Below are positions 25,501 through 36,559 of a DNA stretch of 64,000 bases, piece by piece. The number at the start of each line of letters is the position of its first letter. The stretch's first letter is position 1. The DNA is taken from the NCBI GenBank assembly GCA_043228905.1, contig JBHGNT010000011.1:10292001-10356000 (forward strand). The letters are read 5' to 3'. The notes under the pieces are model-generated. The model was not told where the DNA came from, did no database searches, and saw nothing but the letters and a program-made list of their open reading frames with translations. Position numbers and translations under genes: made by a program. The stretch comes from Azolla caroliniana (taxonomy: Eukaryota > Plantae > Polypodiophyta).

Positions 25501-26662
25501 GAAAGGGAAGGAGCACCTGGTATGCCGGTTGAAGAAGAGCCTTTACGGACTGAAGCAGGCTCCCCGGCAATGGTACCGGAAGTTCGACTCCTTCATGACC
25601 GACGAAGGGTACCACAAAACGCAGTCTGACCACTGCGTGTTTGTGAAGAAGTTCGAAGGAGGAGACTCTCTAATACTCCTCTTGTACGTGGACGACATGT
25701 TGATCGTCGGACGGGACCAGGTCAAGATACGGATGCTGAAGAAGGCTCTTCACCGAACCTTCTCAATGAAGGACTTGGGTCCGGCGAGACAAATACTAGG
25801 GATGCACATCATCCGGGACCGGAGCAAGAAGCAGTTGTGGCTGTCACAGGAGAAGTACGTGACAAAGGTGCTTCAACGGTTCAACATGTTGGAAGCAAGA
25901 CCGGTCGGATCAACCCTCCCGGCAAACTGCAAGCTGTCCAGCAAGCAAAGCCCCAGGACAAAGGCTGAGAAAGAGGACATGATGAAAGTACCATATGCCT
26001 CTGCTGTCGGAAGCTTGATGTACGCAATGGTGTGTACAAGACGAGACATTGGATACGCAGTCGGAGTGGTGAGCCGGTACATGAGCAATCCCGGCAAAGA
26101 GCATTGGAACGCGGTCAAGTGGATACTCCGATACCTGAAGGGCACGGCAAACGTGTGCCTCCGATTCGGCTCCGGTAAGCCTGAACTCGACGGCTTCACC
26201 GATTCGGATATGTCGGCTGATGCAGATACCAGCCGGTCCACATCAGGGTATGTGATGACCTATGCAGGGGGAGCCGTTTCGTGGCAGTCGAGGCTGCAGA
26301 AGACGGTTGCGTTGTCAACCACGGAGGCGGAGTACATGGCAGTTGTTGAAGCCGGCAAGGAAATAATATGGATGAAGGACTTCATTAGAGAGCTCGGTAT
26401 CCAGCAGGAGGAGTACCGACTCTACTGCGACAGTCAGAGTGCCATCCACCTTGCGAAGAACGCGGCTTATCACTCCCGGACGAAGCACATCCAGCGAAGA
26501 TATCACTGGATCCGGGAAAGGATAGAAGACAAGGAGTTCGAGCTGACGAAGGTCCACACGGACGAGAACGGGTCAGATATGCTGACCAAGGTGCTCACAC
26601 CCGACAAGCTGGAAGCATGCCGGAAGAGGATCGGACTGGAGAGACATCCCATGCCGAAGTGA
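22586..26662 (+). CDS. Copia Gag-Pol polyprotein (1358 aa: gag, CCHC knuckle, protease, integrase, RT, RNase H)
   Basis: Uninterrupted ORF from the first ATG after the PBS. Motifs CFHCGKPGHFRKNC, WVVDSGAS, LWHKRLCH, LVHTDVC/RADNGGE/GLAERMN, LYVDDMLI, GFTDSD, TEAEY and YCDSQSA. Confidence 0.97.
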   Translation: MEGGGSGPPGMMVLNAQNYADWKIKMEDLLIVRDLYEPIDRSEIPKGVLETEWRLLNRKAVATIRQYVDVSVLQHVANDTNAYEMWRKLSGLYERKNALNRTSLMRKIVNLKYRDGESMVEHVSTFMGFVNQLAAIKFPLEDAMQAIILMCTLPDSWENLVVTLSTSCTEDNLSLQTVKTSILNEEARRRDKEPVSDSKALLTESERGRQWNRSPQRREKSGTRSQSRGRPTCFHCGKPGHFRKNCRHYRKDNGADDTDSKKSPERNGAYRGATDRRGPDRRGQDRKGTTALAASEEEIMLITEEGELNVAGDETTWVVDSGASFHLTPERRYFSSYTAGEHGCVRMGNEGTCRIAGIGDVWLTTPTGCKMLLKDVRHVPEVRLNLISAGRLDDEGYTGSIRNGVMKFSKGSLIVARARKVNTLYLMNSRLCPEELNVAADTAGELWHKRLCHMSEKGMKRLAEDNLIPVKHVHLEKCTDCLAGKQNRTSFHSRPPTRRSAPLELVHTDVCQVETKSHGGAQYFVTFIDDHSRKLWTAPLKTKDQVLSVFKDLHARVERESGKKLKAIRADNGGEYRGQFQEYCRSKGIRLEFTVPKTPELNGLAERMNRTIMERVRSMLAHAKLPKGFWAEAMSTATYVINRSPSVPLDGDTPQKVWTGKEVSYRHLKVFGCLAYVHVAKDRRGKLDPKTRPCIFLGYGDDEFGYRVWDPVDKKIFRSRDIIFMEDKTLADWESEKKMKSSKSTGEDQLYEEQSRPARDRLALEDPAEDGEETEPAEEDENDTGTGPDPEMDSDEEEESEEPVTEAPERRYPLRERRAPRRFPEPEHVLLTDEGEPESFEEAKHDTQSRRWLSAMQDEMDSLHENHTYELVELPKGKRALRNKWVFKLKPGDAGNPPRYKARIVVKGFHQKKGVDFDEIFAPVVKMTSIRTVLSIAASMDLEVEQMDVKTAFLHGDLEEEIYMQQPEGFEKKGKEHLVCRLKKSLYGLKQAPRQWYRKFDSFMTDEGYHKTQSDHCVFVKKFEGGDSLILLLYVDDMLIVGRDQVKIRMLKKALHRTFSMKDLGPARQILGMHIIRDRSKKQLWLSQEKYVTKVLQRFNMLEARPVGSTLPANCKLSSKQSPRTKAEKEDMMKVPYASAVGSLMYAMVCTRRDIGYAVGVVSRYMSNPGKEHWNAVKWILRYLKGTANVCLRFGSGKPELDGFTDSDMSADADTSRSTSGYVMTYAGGAVSWQSRLQKTVALSTTEAEYMAVVEAGKEIIWMKDFIRELGIQQEEYRLYCDSQSAIHLAKNAAYHSRTKHIQRRYHWIRERIEDKEFELTKVHTDENGSDMLTKVLTPDKLEACRKRIGLERHPMPK

Positions 26663-27353
26663 AGGGGGAGTTTGTTGGGATTTCGGTCCCTCCGGATGGG
26701 ATGTCCGGAGATGAATGACGGCAAGCCCGGTTGCGGTTACGGAGCCGGATGATGAAGACCCCGGTTACGGAACCGGATGATGAAGACCCCGGTTACGGAG
26801 CCGGATGATGAAGACCCCGGTTACGGAACCGGATGATGAAGATCCCGGTTACGGAACCGGATGATGAAGACCCCGGTTACGGAACCGGATGATGAATGTA
26901 CCCGGAGAGAGATCCGGATGCGGAGACATATTTGTGAATATGTTTGCCAAGAGCCCTTGAGGCTATATTTGTAAATAGCCCGAAAGTCATATGTGTATAA
27001 ATATGACTTAGGGCAAACAGTTTTATGTTGTTGCTCATTTTTCATGAGAAGTGAGAGCAGCCGAGAGAGAGAGTGAGAGACGAAGAGGTCGTTGCCTCTG
27101 TGTAATACCGCCGCCTGTGGCGAGGACAGCGAGCTCAAGGTTGTTGCCTTGTAGCCTCACCATTGTACATCTCTGTGTATAGTGATAGTTGGAGTTAGAG
27201 GACTCCCGTGGTTTTTTTCCCATTTAGGGTTTTCCACGTAAACATCCTGTGTGCTCTTCTCTCTGTTGTTCTTCGTGCATTCTTGTATTTCCCGTTTTCT
27301 GCGAATCGATCCTGTTCCTCGGTTGTGGCCGAGCACGGAATTGCAACATTCTC

Positions 27354-30315
27354 ATCAAATTTCAGCCATCACATTGCAACAATTGCACCAAGTGGGAGGC
27401 AAGGAGCCAGGAAAAGAGCCTCCGTGGGGTCCGATTTACAATTTATCACCCACTGAGCTTGAGGTTCTTCGAGAATACATCGAGGAAAATCTTGCAGTTG
27501 GGTTTATTCGACATTCAAAGTCTCCAGCTGGTGCTCCTATCTTTTTTGTGAAGAAAAAGGACGGCTCCCTTCGTTTGGTCGTGGACTATCGAGGCTTAAA
27601 TAAAGTCACCATAAGGAATAGGTATGCTTTACCTTTAATCTCCAATCTCTTAGAACGCATTGGTGGGGCAAAGCATTTTACCAAAATTGATCTAAGGGGT
27701 GCATATAATCTTGTTCGAATTCGGCCGGGAGATGAGTGGAAAACAGCATTTCGTACTCGGTATGGTCATTTCGAGTATACAGTCATGCCTTTCGGGCTCA
27801 CAAATGCACCTACCGTATTCCAACATATGGCAAATGACATCTTCCGGGATTTCTTGGATATTTTTCTAATCATCTACCTAGATGATCTATTGATTTACTC
27901 TAAAACACAGGGGGAGCATGATATACATGTGCGGCAAGTACTTGAATGCCTAAGGAAGTATGGTCTTTACGCCAAACTTGAGAAATGCAGTTTTGATTGC
28001 AAACAAGTCGAATTTTTGGGATACACTATTTCATCCCAGGGTGTTTTCATGGACCCGGCAAAAGTCCAAACAATATTGGAATGGAAACCCCCATGCTCAG
28101 TTCGGGATGTCCAGTGTTTCCTCGGATTTGCGAACTTCTATCGCAAATTCATACATAATTATTCAAGCATTGTGTTGCCCCTTACTCAACTCACCAAGAA
28201 AAATCAAGCATTTTTTTGGAGTATCGAAGCGGACAAGGCTTTTACGCAGCTAAAAGAGGCATTCACATCAGCACCCATCCTAGCACATATTGATCCTGAA
28301 AAGCCATTTACTATTGAGGCGGATGCATCAAACTTTGCATTGGGGAGTATCCTATCGCAACCAGGCGAGGACGGGCAGATACATCCAGTCGCGTTTCACT
28401 TGAGAAAGTTTACTGTTTCGGAGATAAACTATGAGGTGCATGACAAGGAGTTACTAGTTGTGGTCGACTCATTCGAGCAATGGCGTCATTTTCTAGAAGG
28501 ATCACCTCATCAGATTATCATTTATAGTGATCACAAAAATCTCACATATTTTCAAACAGCTCGAGTATTAAATAGACGACAAGCTCGGTGGGCCCAATTT
28601 CTAACGCGTTTCGATTTCAAGATCATTTTTCGCCCCGGAAAACAACAAGGGAAAGCAGATGCTCTGTCTCGGCGTTCGTATCTAGCACTTCGACCTGGAG
28701 ATCCGGCCTTTGACAATCAAAAGCAAACTCTCCTCGGGCCATCAAAGCTACAGGTAACAATAATTTATGCCACACCACTTGATTCTACCCTTCTTGACAC
28801 TATTCGGCAACAACTTCATTCGGATGATTTTGCTAAGGATGTCTTAGCCCACTGTGGTTCAAGTCATCCATCTTGCTCCACATTGCCAAGGTCATCTCAA
28901 CATTATCAGGACTTCAAGTGGCAAGATGGTTTACTCTTCTACAAGAATCTCCTTTACGTCCCCGACGGATCACCCCGACTTCAAGTGTTGGAACATTGTC
29001 ATGATGCCCCCATGGCTGGACATTTTGGTATTTCCAAGACCATTGAGCTAGTGAAACGTTCGTTTTGGTGGCCTCACTTGCAAAAATTTGTCGAAGATTA
29101 TGTTCGCACTTGTGACACCTGCTGTCGCGCCAAAATACCCCGGCATCACCCTTATGGCTTACTACAACCATTACCCCCTCCCAACAAGCCATGGCAGTCT
29201 ATTTCTATGGATTTCATTACGGATCTGCCACCTTCCAAAGGCTTTGATACTATTTTAACAGTAGTGGATCGGTTCACCAAGATGGCACATTTTGTACCAT
29301 GTGTAAAGACCATCAATAGTGAAGAAACTGCAGATCTCATTATGCGTGAAGTGTTTCGCCATCATGGTCTCCCGAATGATATTATTAGGGATCGAGGTCC
29401 TCAATTTATCTCACACTTTTGGAAGCACCTATGGGCAGGCCTCAAAATCTCTTGCAAACTCTCTTCGGCTTATCATCCACAAACTGACGGACAAACAGAG
29501 CGCACAAATCAAACGCTCGAGCAATATCTTCGACGTTTCATTAGTTATCAACAAGATGATTGGAGTAAAATTTTACATCTTGCTGATTTTGCATACAACA
29601 ACACGGTCCACTCTTCTACCAAAGTTACACCTTTCTTGCCTACACCGGCAACCACCCTCGATGGTGTATACTGGATCTTCCCGAGGTGTCACGAAACCCT
29701 AGTGCGGCGCATCACCTCCACCGACTACAACAAATCCAGTTCGAGTTATCGTCACATCTTCAGAAAGCGCAAGCACACCATAAGACCAATGCCGATCGAC
29801 ATCGTCTTAAGTCTCTGTTTAAGGTTGGTGACCGTGTATGGTTGCTCCGTCGTCACATCAAGACTACCCGACCGTGTGCTAAGCTTGACTATCAACGCTT
29901 AGGTCCTTTTGTCATCACGGCGCAGATTAATGATGCAACATTTCGTCTTAACCTTCCTGCACATATGCGGCTTCACCCTGTCTTTCATAGCTCTCTTTTG
30001 GAACCTTGCCACACCTCTTTAATTCCTGATCGTGTCGTGCCACCACCGCCTTCTGTACAACTTGTGGACGGCCCCGAATACGAGGTAGCTGCTATTCTGG
30101 ATTCTAAGATTGTGCGCAATAAGCTTTATTATCTAGTTGATTGGCTTGGTTATCCTCCGAGTGATCGCACTTGGGAACCCATCGATAACGTTTGTAATGT
30201 TGAAGCTCTTGTCAACGACTTCCATCGTCACTATCCAAACAAGCCCGGCCCAACAATGTTAACGCCGACTTCCATTCGGCGTTCTCGAAGGAGGGATAGT
30301 GTCATGAACATGTGA
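27354..30315 (+). pseudogene. pol (RT, RNase H, integrase, chromodomain) of element C; one frameshift near 29635 and a deletion just before RT
   Basis: IYLDDLLI, IEADAS, HDAPMAGHFG...CDTC, SMDFITD and GQTERTN; ORF 29686-30315 carries chromodomain EYEVAAILDSK..YYLVDWLGYPPSDRTWEP. Confidence 0.93.
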
Positions 30316-33300
30316 CCATTATGGCGTCACCCGGACTTGAACCTCAACCATTAAGAACCATTATGGCGTCACCCGGACTTGAACCTTGTAATTCATACTT
30401 GAAAACCTCAACCATTAAGATAGCTTATTGTTATATGAAACAATAAAAGCTACTTCTTGTATTACATTGATTATTGTAAAAACTCTAGATTATTCTAAAA
30501 TGTTCTAGAATGTCCTAGAGCATTCTAGGTCTAGAACATTCTAGAACATTCTAGAAATCTCTAAGCTATTCTATAGGAACCTATAAATAAGCGCATACAT
30601 GTATTCTCAAATCAATTCGAATCAACACCAATCTTTAGCTCTCATTACATATCTTGTATCCATTCTCTTTCTTTCTCTATCTCATACATCCATTCTTCTT
30701 TATCCTTCTTCCATCACTCTATCTTTTATCCTTGGTTCTGACACCGATCACCGGTATGGTTTCCGGATGCATGACGCAGGACCTGGCAATGCTCAAGTGG
30801 ATCGCGTACATTAAGTCCCTGAATCCGGAGATACAACACATCTCTAGGAAGGACAATGCCATGGTCGACATGCTTTCCAGAGCACGGGTCGATTACGAAG
30901 ACGGCATGGTTTCTGAAGACGAAGAAGTTGGCGTAGACTTCTTCAAGTCAGCACGTATGGCAGCAAGAGAGGGGACCACACCGGCACTTAACAAATTTAA
31001 CAAAGGCGAGTATGACGGGGAGTGGCTCCAGATCGGCAAGTACTTGAGGACGTTGACACCAGACGCGGCATGGACGAAGGACGAGGCAAACCAGATCCGG
31101 AAGAAGGTGTACCGGTTCTTCCTGCGGGACAGGAGCTTATGGAGGCATCCGAAGAAGCAAAATGGTGTCCTGCTCCGCATAGCACCAAGAGTAGAGGAAC
31201 AGAAGGCATTGATATCGGCGTATCATGAGAGCCCTTGGGCCAAACACCGCAGAACGTGGGCTACATTCGAGAAGCTAAAGGAGAAGTATTGGTGTACGGG
31301 AATGTACTAGGACGTGCACCAATTCGTGATGACCTGTGAAAGCTGCCAAGTGCATTCCGCGATCCGGCACCGAGACAAGTTGCACCCGACCTACCCGCTG
31401 ACTATCCATTTCAAGTGGATGGTGGATTTAGTGATGATGCCGATGGGGGTAGGGCAGATGCGGTACCTAGAGCTTGCACGAGAGGACCTGACGAACCAAG
31501 TGGAGGGTCGTGCACTGCAGAACAAGACAACTACAGCCGTCTATTAGTTCCTAATTGAGGAGGTGATATGCCGGTATGGGTGCCTAGGGAAGATCGTGGC
31601 TGACCCGAGAGAGTTGGACGCGCAAGAAGCCAAGGAGTTGTTTGGCCGGTTAGGGGTTAAGCTCTCTCTCACTACATCGTACAATCTAGAGGCGAACGGG
31701 AAGGTGGAGCGTGGACACGGGCCAATCGTGAAGGCGTTAGTACGAGCATGCGAAGGACAAGTCGGTAACTGGTCGCGACTCCTACCTTACCCGTTATGGG
31801 CGGACCGAACTACATACAGTTTGGTAACCGGGCTCATCCGACAGAGCTGATGTACAAGCAAAAGTCGATCATGCCGATGGAGCGGATAATTTCCTCAAGG
31901 GCAGCAGTGAACTGGAGAGATGAGATGAGCCCGGAAGAGTTGTTGGCGGCATAGATTCGCCAGCTTGAGCGAAGATCGAAGGACATGGATCGAGCGAAGG
32001 CGAAGCTGCACGCGGCGAGGGTGAAGAATAAAGGCCGGTTCAATCGGACGCATCAGCTATGAGCGAAGAAGATCGAGGAAGGCGACTAGGTGTTGGTTTA
32101 TGACAATAGCCTCGAAAATAAGCACAAGGCAACGTGTAAGTTTGCGAGGAGGTGGTTCGGGCCCTACGCCGTAGCGGGCGCGAACAGCAATGGCATGTAC
32201 CATCTCGCGGAGCTCGACGGAACGCAGATAGCAGTACCGATGGCGGGGAAGAGAATCAAGGCGTTCAAGAAGCCGCACGAAGACAAGTCGGTCCCGGAGA
32301 GAGCGGACGATGATTCGGAAAGCGACGGTTAACCCATGGGCCAGTTTTCTCCCGGTATCTGTCTCTTTTCGGCGCATGCCGGTGGATGCACGGTTTGGTG
32401 GGGGTGGATGTCGTGGAGAAAACCAGCCATAGGAGGAATTGGGAATCCTAGCGCGTGAACAGGTTTTTCACGGATACGCACCAATTTAAGTTAATATACC
32501 TTATTTAAGAATAGGTCGGCGTGATGTAAGTATAAACATATTAATAGGTTAGCAAATCAAGGCGTATCTCTATCTGAAAGGACAGAAAATAAAGATGATG
32601 TAACTAGGATGTAACGACCCACCCCGAGCGGCCTATAAAAAAGGAGGAAGAAAGACTGAGGGGGGTATCGTGTTTTGGGAGGGGGAAGTGTTGTCGGACT
32701 GGGAACCGAGCACCGATCTCTGTCTTTCTTGGTATCAATCTTTGTATTAATCTCTGTTTGGTTGTAATCGATTCTTCCTAAGGTGTAATCTTTGTCTATC
32801 TTTGGTGTGTTGTCATGTCCCTGTCTGAACCAACAAGTGTTGTGCTTGCCGATACTCGGTGTCTCCGTTCTTTCTCTTTCCTTTCTCTTTCCCTTCTATC
32901 TTCGCACACTCCTCAGTTCAGGGCCCCCGTGGTCCTGCCTTAGTTTCCTACGCGCACACGCGACAACACGACATCGGGTCCTCTTCATTCATATCCGGGT
33001 CCCATCCGGAGGGACCGAATTCCCAACAAATACAAATGCCTCAAATGGTACTCAAGGGAAACACACACAATTGCAAATGCCAGCACAACTATATGGACTG
33101 ATCTAGTGGTATCCTTGCGTGCACAATTCGAAAACCTATAGGGTGATTCAGAGCCTCAAGAGTTGGCACGAGCACAATTTATCTCACTTTGGGAAACCAC
33201 ACCATTCGTGGATTTCACGTCAAGGCATCCAATGAACTTAACACCGGAGGCCAAGTCACCTCACTATCTCTACCCCCTTGGCTTTCGATGATATCAATGT

Positions 33301-35137
33301 CTAGCCGCGTCTTGATGCTTGTTGAAAAATAACAGGATTTGTCATGCAACGATTTGTTGTTATATGGACAGAGATTGCCCTACCTTTTTTTAATCTAAGA
33401 TGTCACACAACGATAGCCAAATATATATGAAAGCAACCTATAAATAGTAGAGAACCTATAGATACATAGCTTGATTTGTATATGTGATTCACCTAACTAA
33501 TGGGAAGCAATTTTTATTCAAAAAGAAAAACAAGAAAAAACAACTTTTTTTCTAATATACATTATTAAACAATAAGAGTCTTCTTATGCATATTGGATTA
33601 TCCTTATCTTTGGTCGAAGACTCGAATGGATATTTGTCTAAAATTTTTAAACTCGCCGATGTTCTACAAAAGAAGATTTACTTCTAATGCGATAAAGTAA
33701 TATGCCTTTGTGCGTGATTGACATAGTTTGTTATACAAATTTGGATCATGAAAAAGAAATTTCCCAAAATAACTTCGAAAAAGAGTAACACAAGTAACCA
33801 ACTACAATAAATATTTTTTGGAAAGAAAACTTTCATATGTGATCTCGGTAACCAAGTCTTTTAGGATTATCACTTTTGTTCACAACTTGTTTGACTACCC
33901 CAACTAAATATATATATTTGGGTACAACCAACTCACGATTGAGTCATACGGTTTGCAAGACTTTAGCTTGGTGGAAGCGTGAGTCATTTTTTGTGGAGGA
34001 TTTTGTTCTCATTGTCATGTTGCCAATGGCATATGATGTGAGCTTACATCAAAGCCATTTAGATTCTCCCCTTAAAAAAAATTAAATTTTTATATACACA
34101 AAGTAAAAAGTTAAGTGCAGGTTTCAAACCCCAAAGTCTTATATTATGAAGATATGTCACCACCAATAACGTAATTATACTTATGTTAAAGCATTATTCA
34201 TAGACTATAATGGCATGTAAAACCCTAGATATAAAGAAGGTCATCTCATATGTAAGAGATAAGTTCATAATAAGATTTGAAAGAAATAATGTTAAAAGGC
34301 AACCAAGTGGGTTAAAGCGCATTGTTAGAGTCTTGAGGTCGTAGATTTGAGTCTTGCATAGGGTAGAAATTATATATTATAAATTATAATATTTTGTATG
34401 TCGACCTAAAATAGTAATAGTTGAGACCTACAAAAGATAAAGGTTAACTCATTTGGAGGGATCTTCTGCGGAAGCTAAGGCTAGGGATAGAGGAACAAGA
34501 TAAAGGGAGTCAAAAAGAAAGGAACTTACACTCAAATGTAATCACTTCTTGACTAATAAAAAAATATTGGGCTTTGGTGATTCATTTGTGCACATGTCAA
34601 TCTTCAATCATCTTTTTTGTATTATTTTGTTTTCGCTCCTCAAGGCCCTCATCATCACTACCTACGAATAGAGACCAGACCCCTCCTAGGCATGCATGTA
34701 CAACGTAGACTTCAACCTCGTTTGAGGAACAACATTTTCTAATGGTGTCAATTACTTTGAGTATTGCATATGTTTGTGATCCTACAACAATTCCTACTTT
34801 CTAGATTCAAGATTATTATTGGTTTTTGGTATTCAACTACTTCGTGAGACCTTCGTTTGTTAGTATAGTCAAGGAAGTTTGTTTCTTTGCTTGTGCCACT
34901 TATAAGAGATCAAGATCACTCGGACTTCTAGTTCCTTATCAATCCAAATGTGGTGTTTTTTCTCTTTTGCATTTTTCTATAGGACACTCTCGAGCGTTTG
35001 GATCAGCGAAAAATTGAGTAGCTAGACGAATACATATTTGTTCTCTAGGGATTACGACTATGTATCTATGACTGAGTTTTTTACTATAATTTGACATGTT
35101 TTTGATATACTTTGTGGGTTCTCTTTCTAATGTTTCT

Positions 35138-36089
35138 TGTAAAGAATAAGATGTGGAAGCTCAAAGATAGACACAACCAGCTTGAGTCGGACAACACAGT
35201 ATGACAGTCAATTACGTTGCCACAAAGATGGAGATGCAAAGAGAGAGAGAGAGAGAGAGAGTTGGGTAGACAACAAAAAAATTATATTACATAATACTTT
35301 GTCCATACAAATGTGCTCATAGAGCACTTTGCACTTTTTATACAAGCCTTGATAGTGGGTGGATACAAGTATTGTCAAGTACTTAAATGCTCATAAAGGA
35401 GCATCTAACACTAATTGAACATAATATTCCTAATACTATGTTCGGCCCAAACGGATATGTCGGCCTCTCTCAGCCGAGTCTATCGGCTTCTTTAGCCGAT
35501 CCGGCCCATGTTCAACTTGCCTCTCAACACTCCCCCTCAAGCTCAACTTGAGGTTCCTTGTCAACTCCAACTTCTCCTGGCTTTACGCCTCCTTGGCCGC
35601 GCTCCATGTTCCTATCTTCTTCTTGTTTGCTTGGTTTAGTTAGAAGCTTTGCCGGCCGCAGAGGATTCTTCTAACCCTCGTGCTCTGATACCATGCAAAG
35701 AATAAGATGTGGAAGCTCAAAGATAGACACCATCGGCTGAGCCAGACAACATAGTATGACAAATTGTTAGGTTTCTGCAAAGATAGAGAGAGGGACAAAG
35801 TTGGGCAGACAACAAAAAACTTCTATTACCAAATACTCTATCCATTCAAATGTGCTCATAGAGCACTTTTTATACAAGCCCTCACAATGGACTGACACAA
35901 GTATTGTCAAGTACTTAAATGCTCATAAAGGAGCATCTGGCACTAAATTAATATAATATTCCTAATACTACGTTCAGCCCTAACGGATATGTCGATCTCT
36001 CTCGGCCGACCCGTCTCTCGGCTTCTTCAGCTGACTCAATTGTCAGCTTCTTCAGCTGATCCGGCCCATGTTCAGCTTGCCTCTCAACA
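35138..36089 (-). mobile_element. TRIM / non-autonomous miniature LTR retrotransposon
   Basis: LTRs 35694-36089 and 35138-35529 (about 390 bp); PBS TGGTATCAGAGC (35682-35693, -); PPT (35530-35539); non-coding internal region of about 165 bp; TSD TTTCT/TTTCC. Confidence 0.92.
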
Positions 36090-36130
36090 TTTCCCACCAT
36101 TAATATAGCACATTGCTAAAAAGAGAGTTT

Positions 36131-36133
<3 letters not shown>

Positions 36134-36197
<64 letters not shown>
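36134..36197. repeat. (TG)n microsatellite
   Basis: About 32 perfect TG units. (CT)n/(AG)n tracts also occur at about 2148, 8483, 14398, 50385 and 58076. Confidence 0.98.
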
Positions 36198-36198
<1 letters not shown>

Positions 36199-36559
36199 TG
36201 TTCATGTGTATATGAAAAGAAAGCAAGAGAGGTCATGTTCATGTGTATATGAAAACATTTTTTTGGTAATTGCTTGTATGGAGGGAGTCAAAACAAGGTG
36301 AACCAAGCCAAAAACCAAGGTCGTTCTATCAACATTTCACACATGATGCGATGCATGGTTAGTTTTGCTAAGATTTGGTGCAAGCGTTTCTACTTGAATA
36401 GATGAATGTTATTATCGAGCACGATAACATTGTTAGGTATTGTTTTTCGATATCAGTTACGATATATGCTACACAAACAAATATCACTCCAAAATTTACC
36501 TCATTTTGTTACAAATTATCCTCCTAGAAACTTATGCTATGATTGAAATGCTATTATAG

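Larger units (their letters stand above)
21879..27348 (+). mobile_element. Intact Ty1/copia element D (Tnt1/Tork-like), very recent insertion
   Basis: Two 676-bp LTRs (21879-22554, 26673-27348) with no difference I could find; perfect TSD TTCTC; tRNA-iMet PBS 22558-22569; PPT GAAGGGGGAG 26661-26670. Confidence 0.97.
19714..30743 (+). mobile_element. Chromoviral Ty3/gypsy element C, relatively young, interrupted by copia D
   Basis: LTRs 19714-20122 and 30300-30743, differing by a few substitutions plus a local rearrangement; TSD CCGAG/CCGAT; PPT GAAGGAGGGATAG (30287-30299). Confidence 0.95.
14665..32973 (+). mobile_element. Non-chromoviral Ty3/gypsy element E (Phygy/Selgy-like by inference), degenerate
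   Basis: LTRs 14665-15747 (interrupted) and 32409-32973; 4-bp TSD CCGG/TCGG; PBS TGGTGAACCCAATGTGAA (15753-15770). Gag from about 15790, RT PFLDDIPIKG, RNase H split by C at NCLP/ITGM, integrase fragments 30744-32332; no chromodomain seen. Confidence 0.9.
10076..33028 (-). mobile_element. Ty1/copia element F (Tnt1/Tork-like), degenerate; its 5' LTR is split by element E and its 3' LTR is truncated
   Basis: 5' LTR 14120-14664 plus 32978-33028; tRNA-iMet PBS TGGTATCAGAGC (14105-14116, -); gag-PR-IN-RT-RH fragments at 10190-14090 (LYVDDMLI, FTDSDM); PPT at about 10181-10190; 3' LTR remnant about 10076-10178. Confidence 0.9.

Noticed and set aside
22639-26724. Numerous antisense and alternate-frame ORFs over D (also over E, F, G and H)
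   Set aside because: Shadow ORFs of GC-rich retroelement coding sequence with no recognisable motifs.
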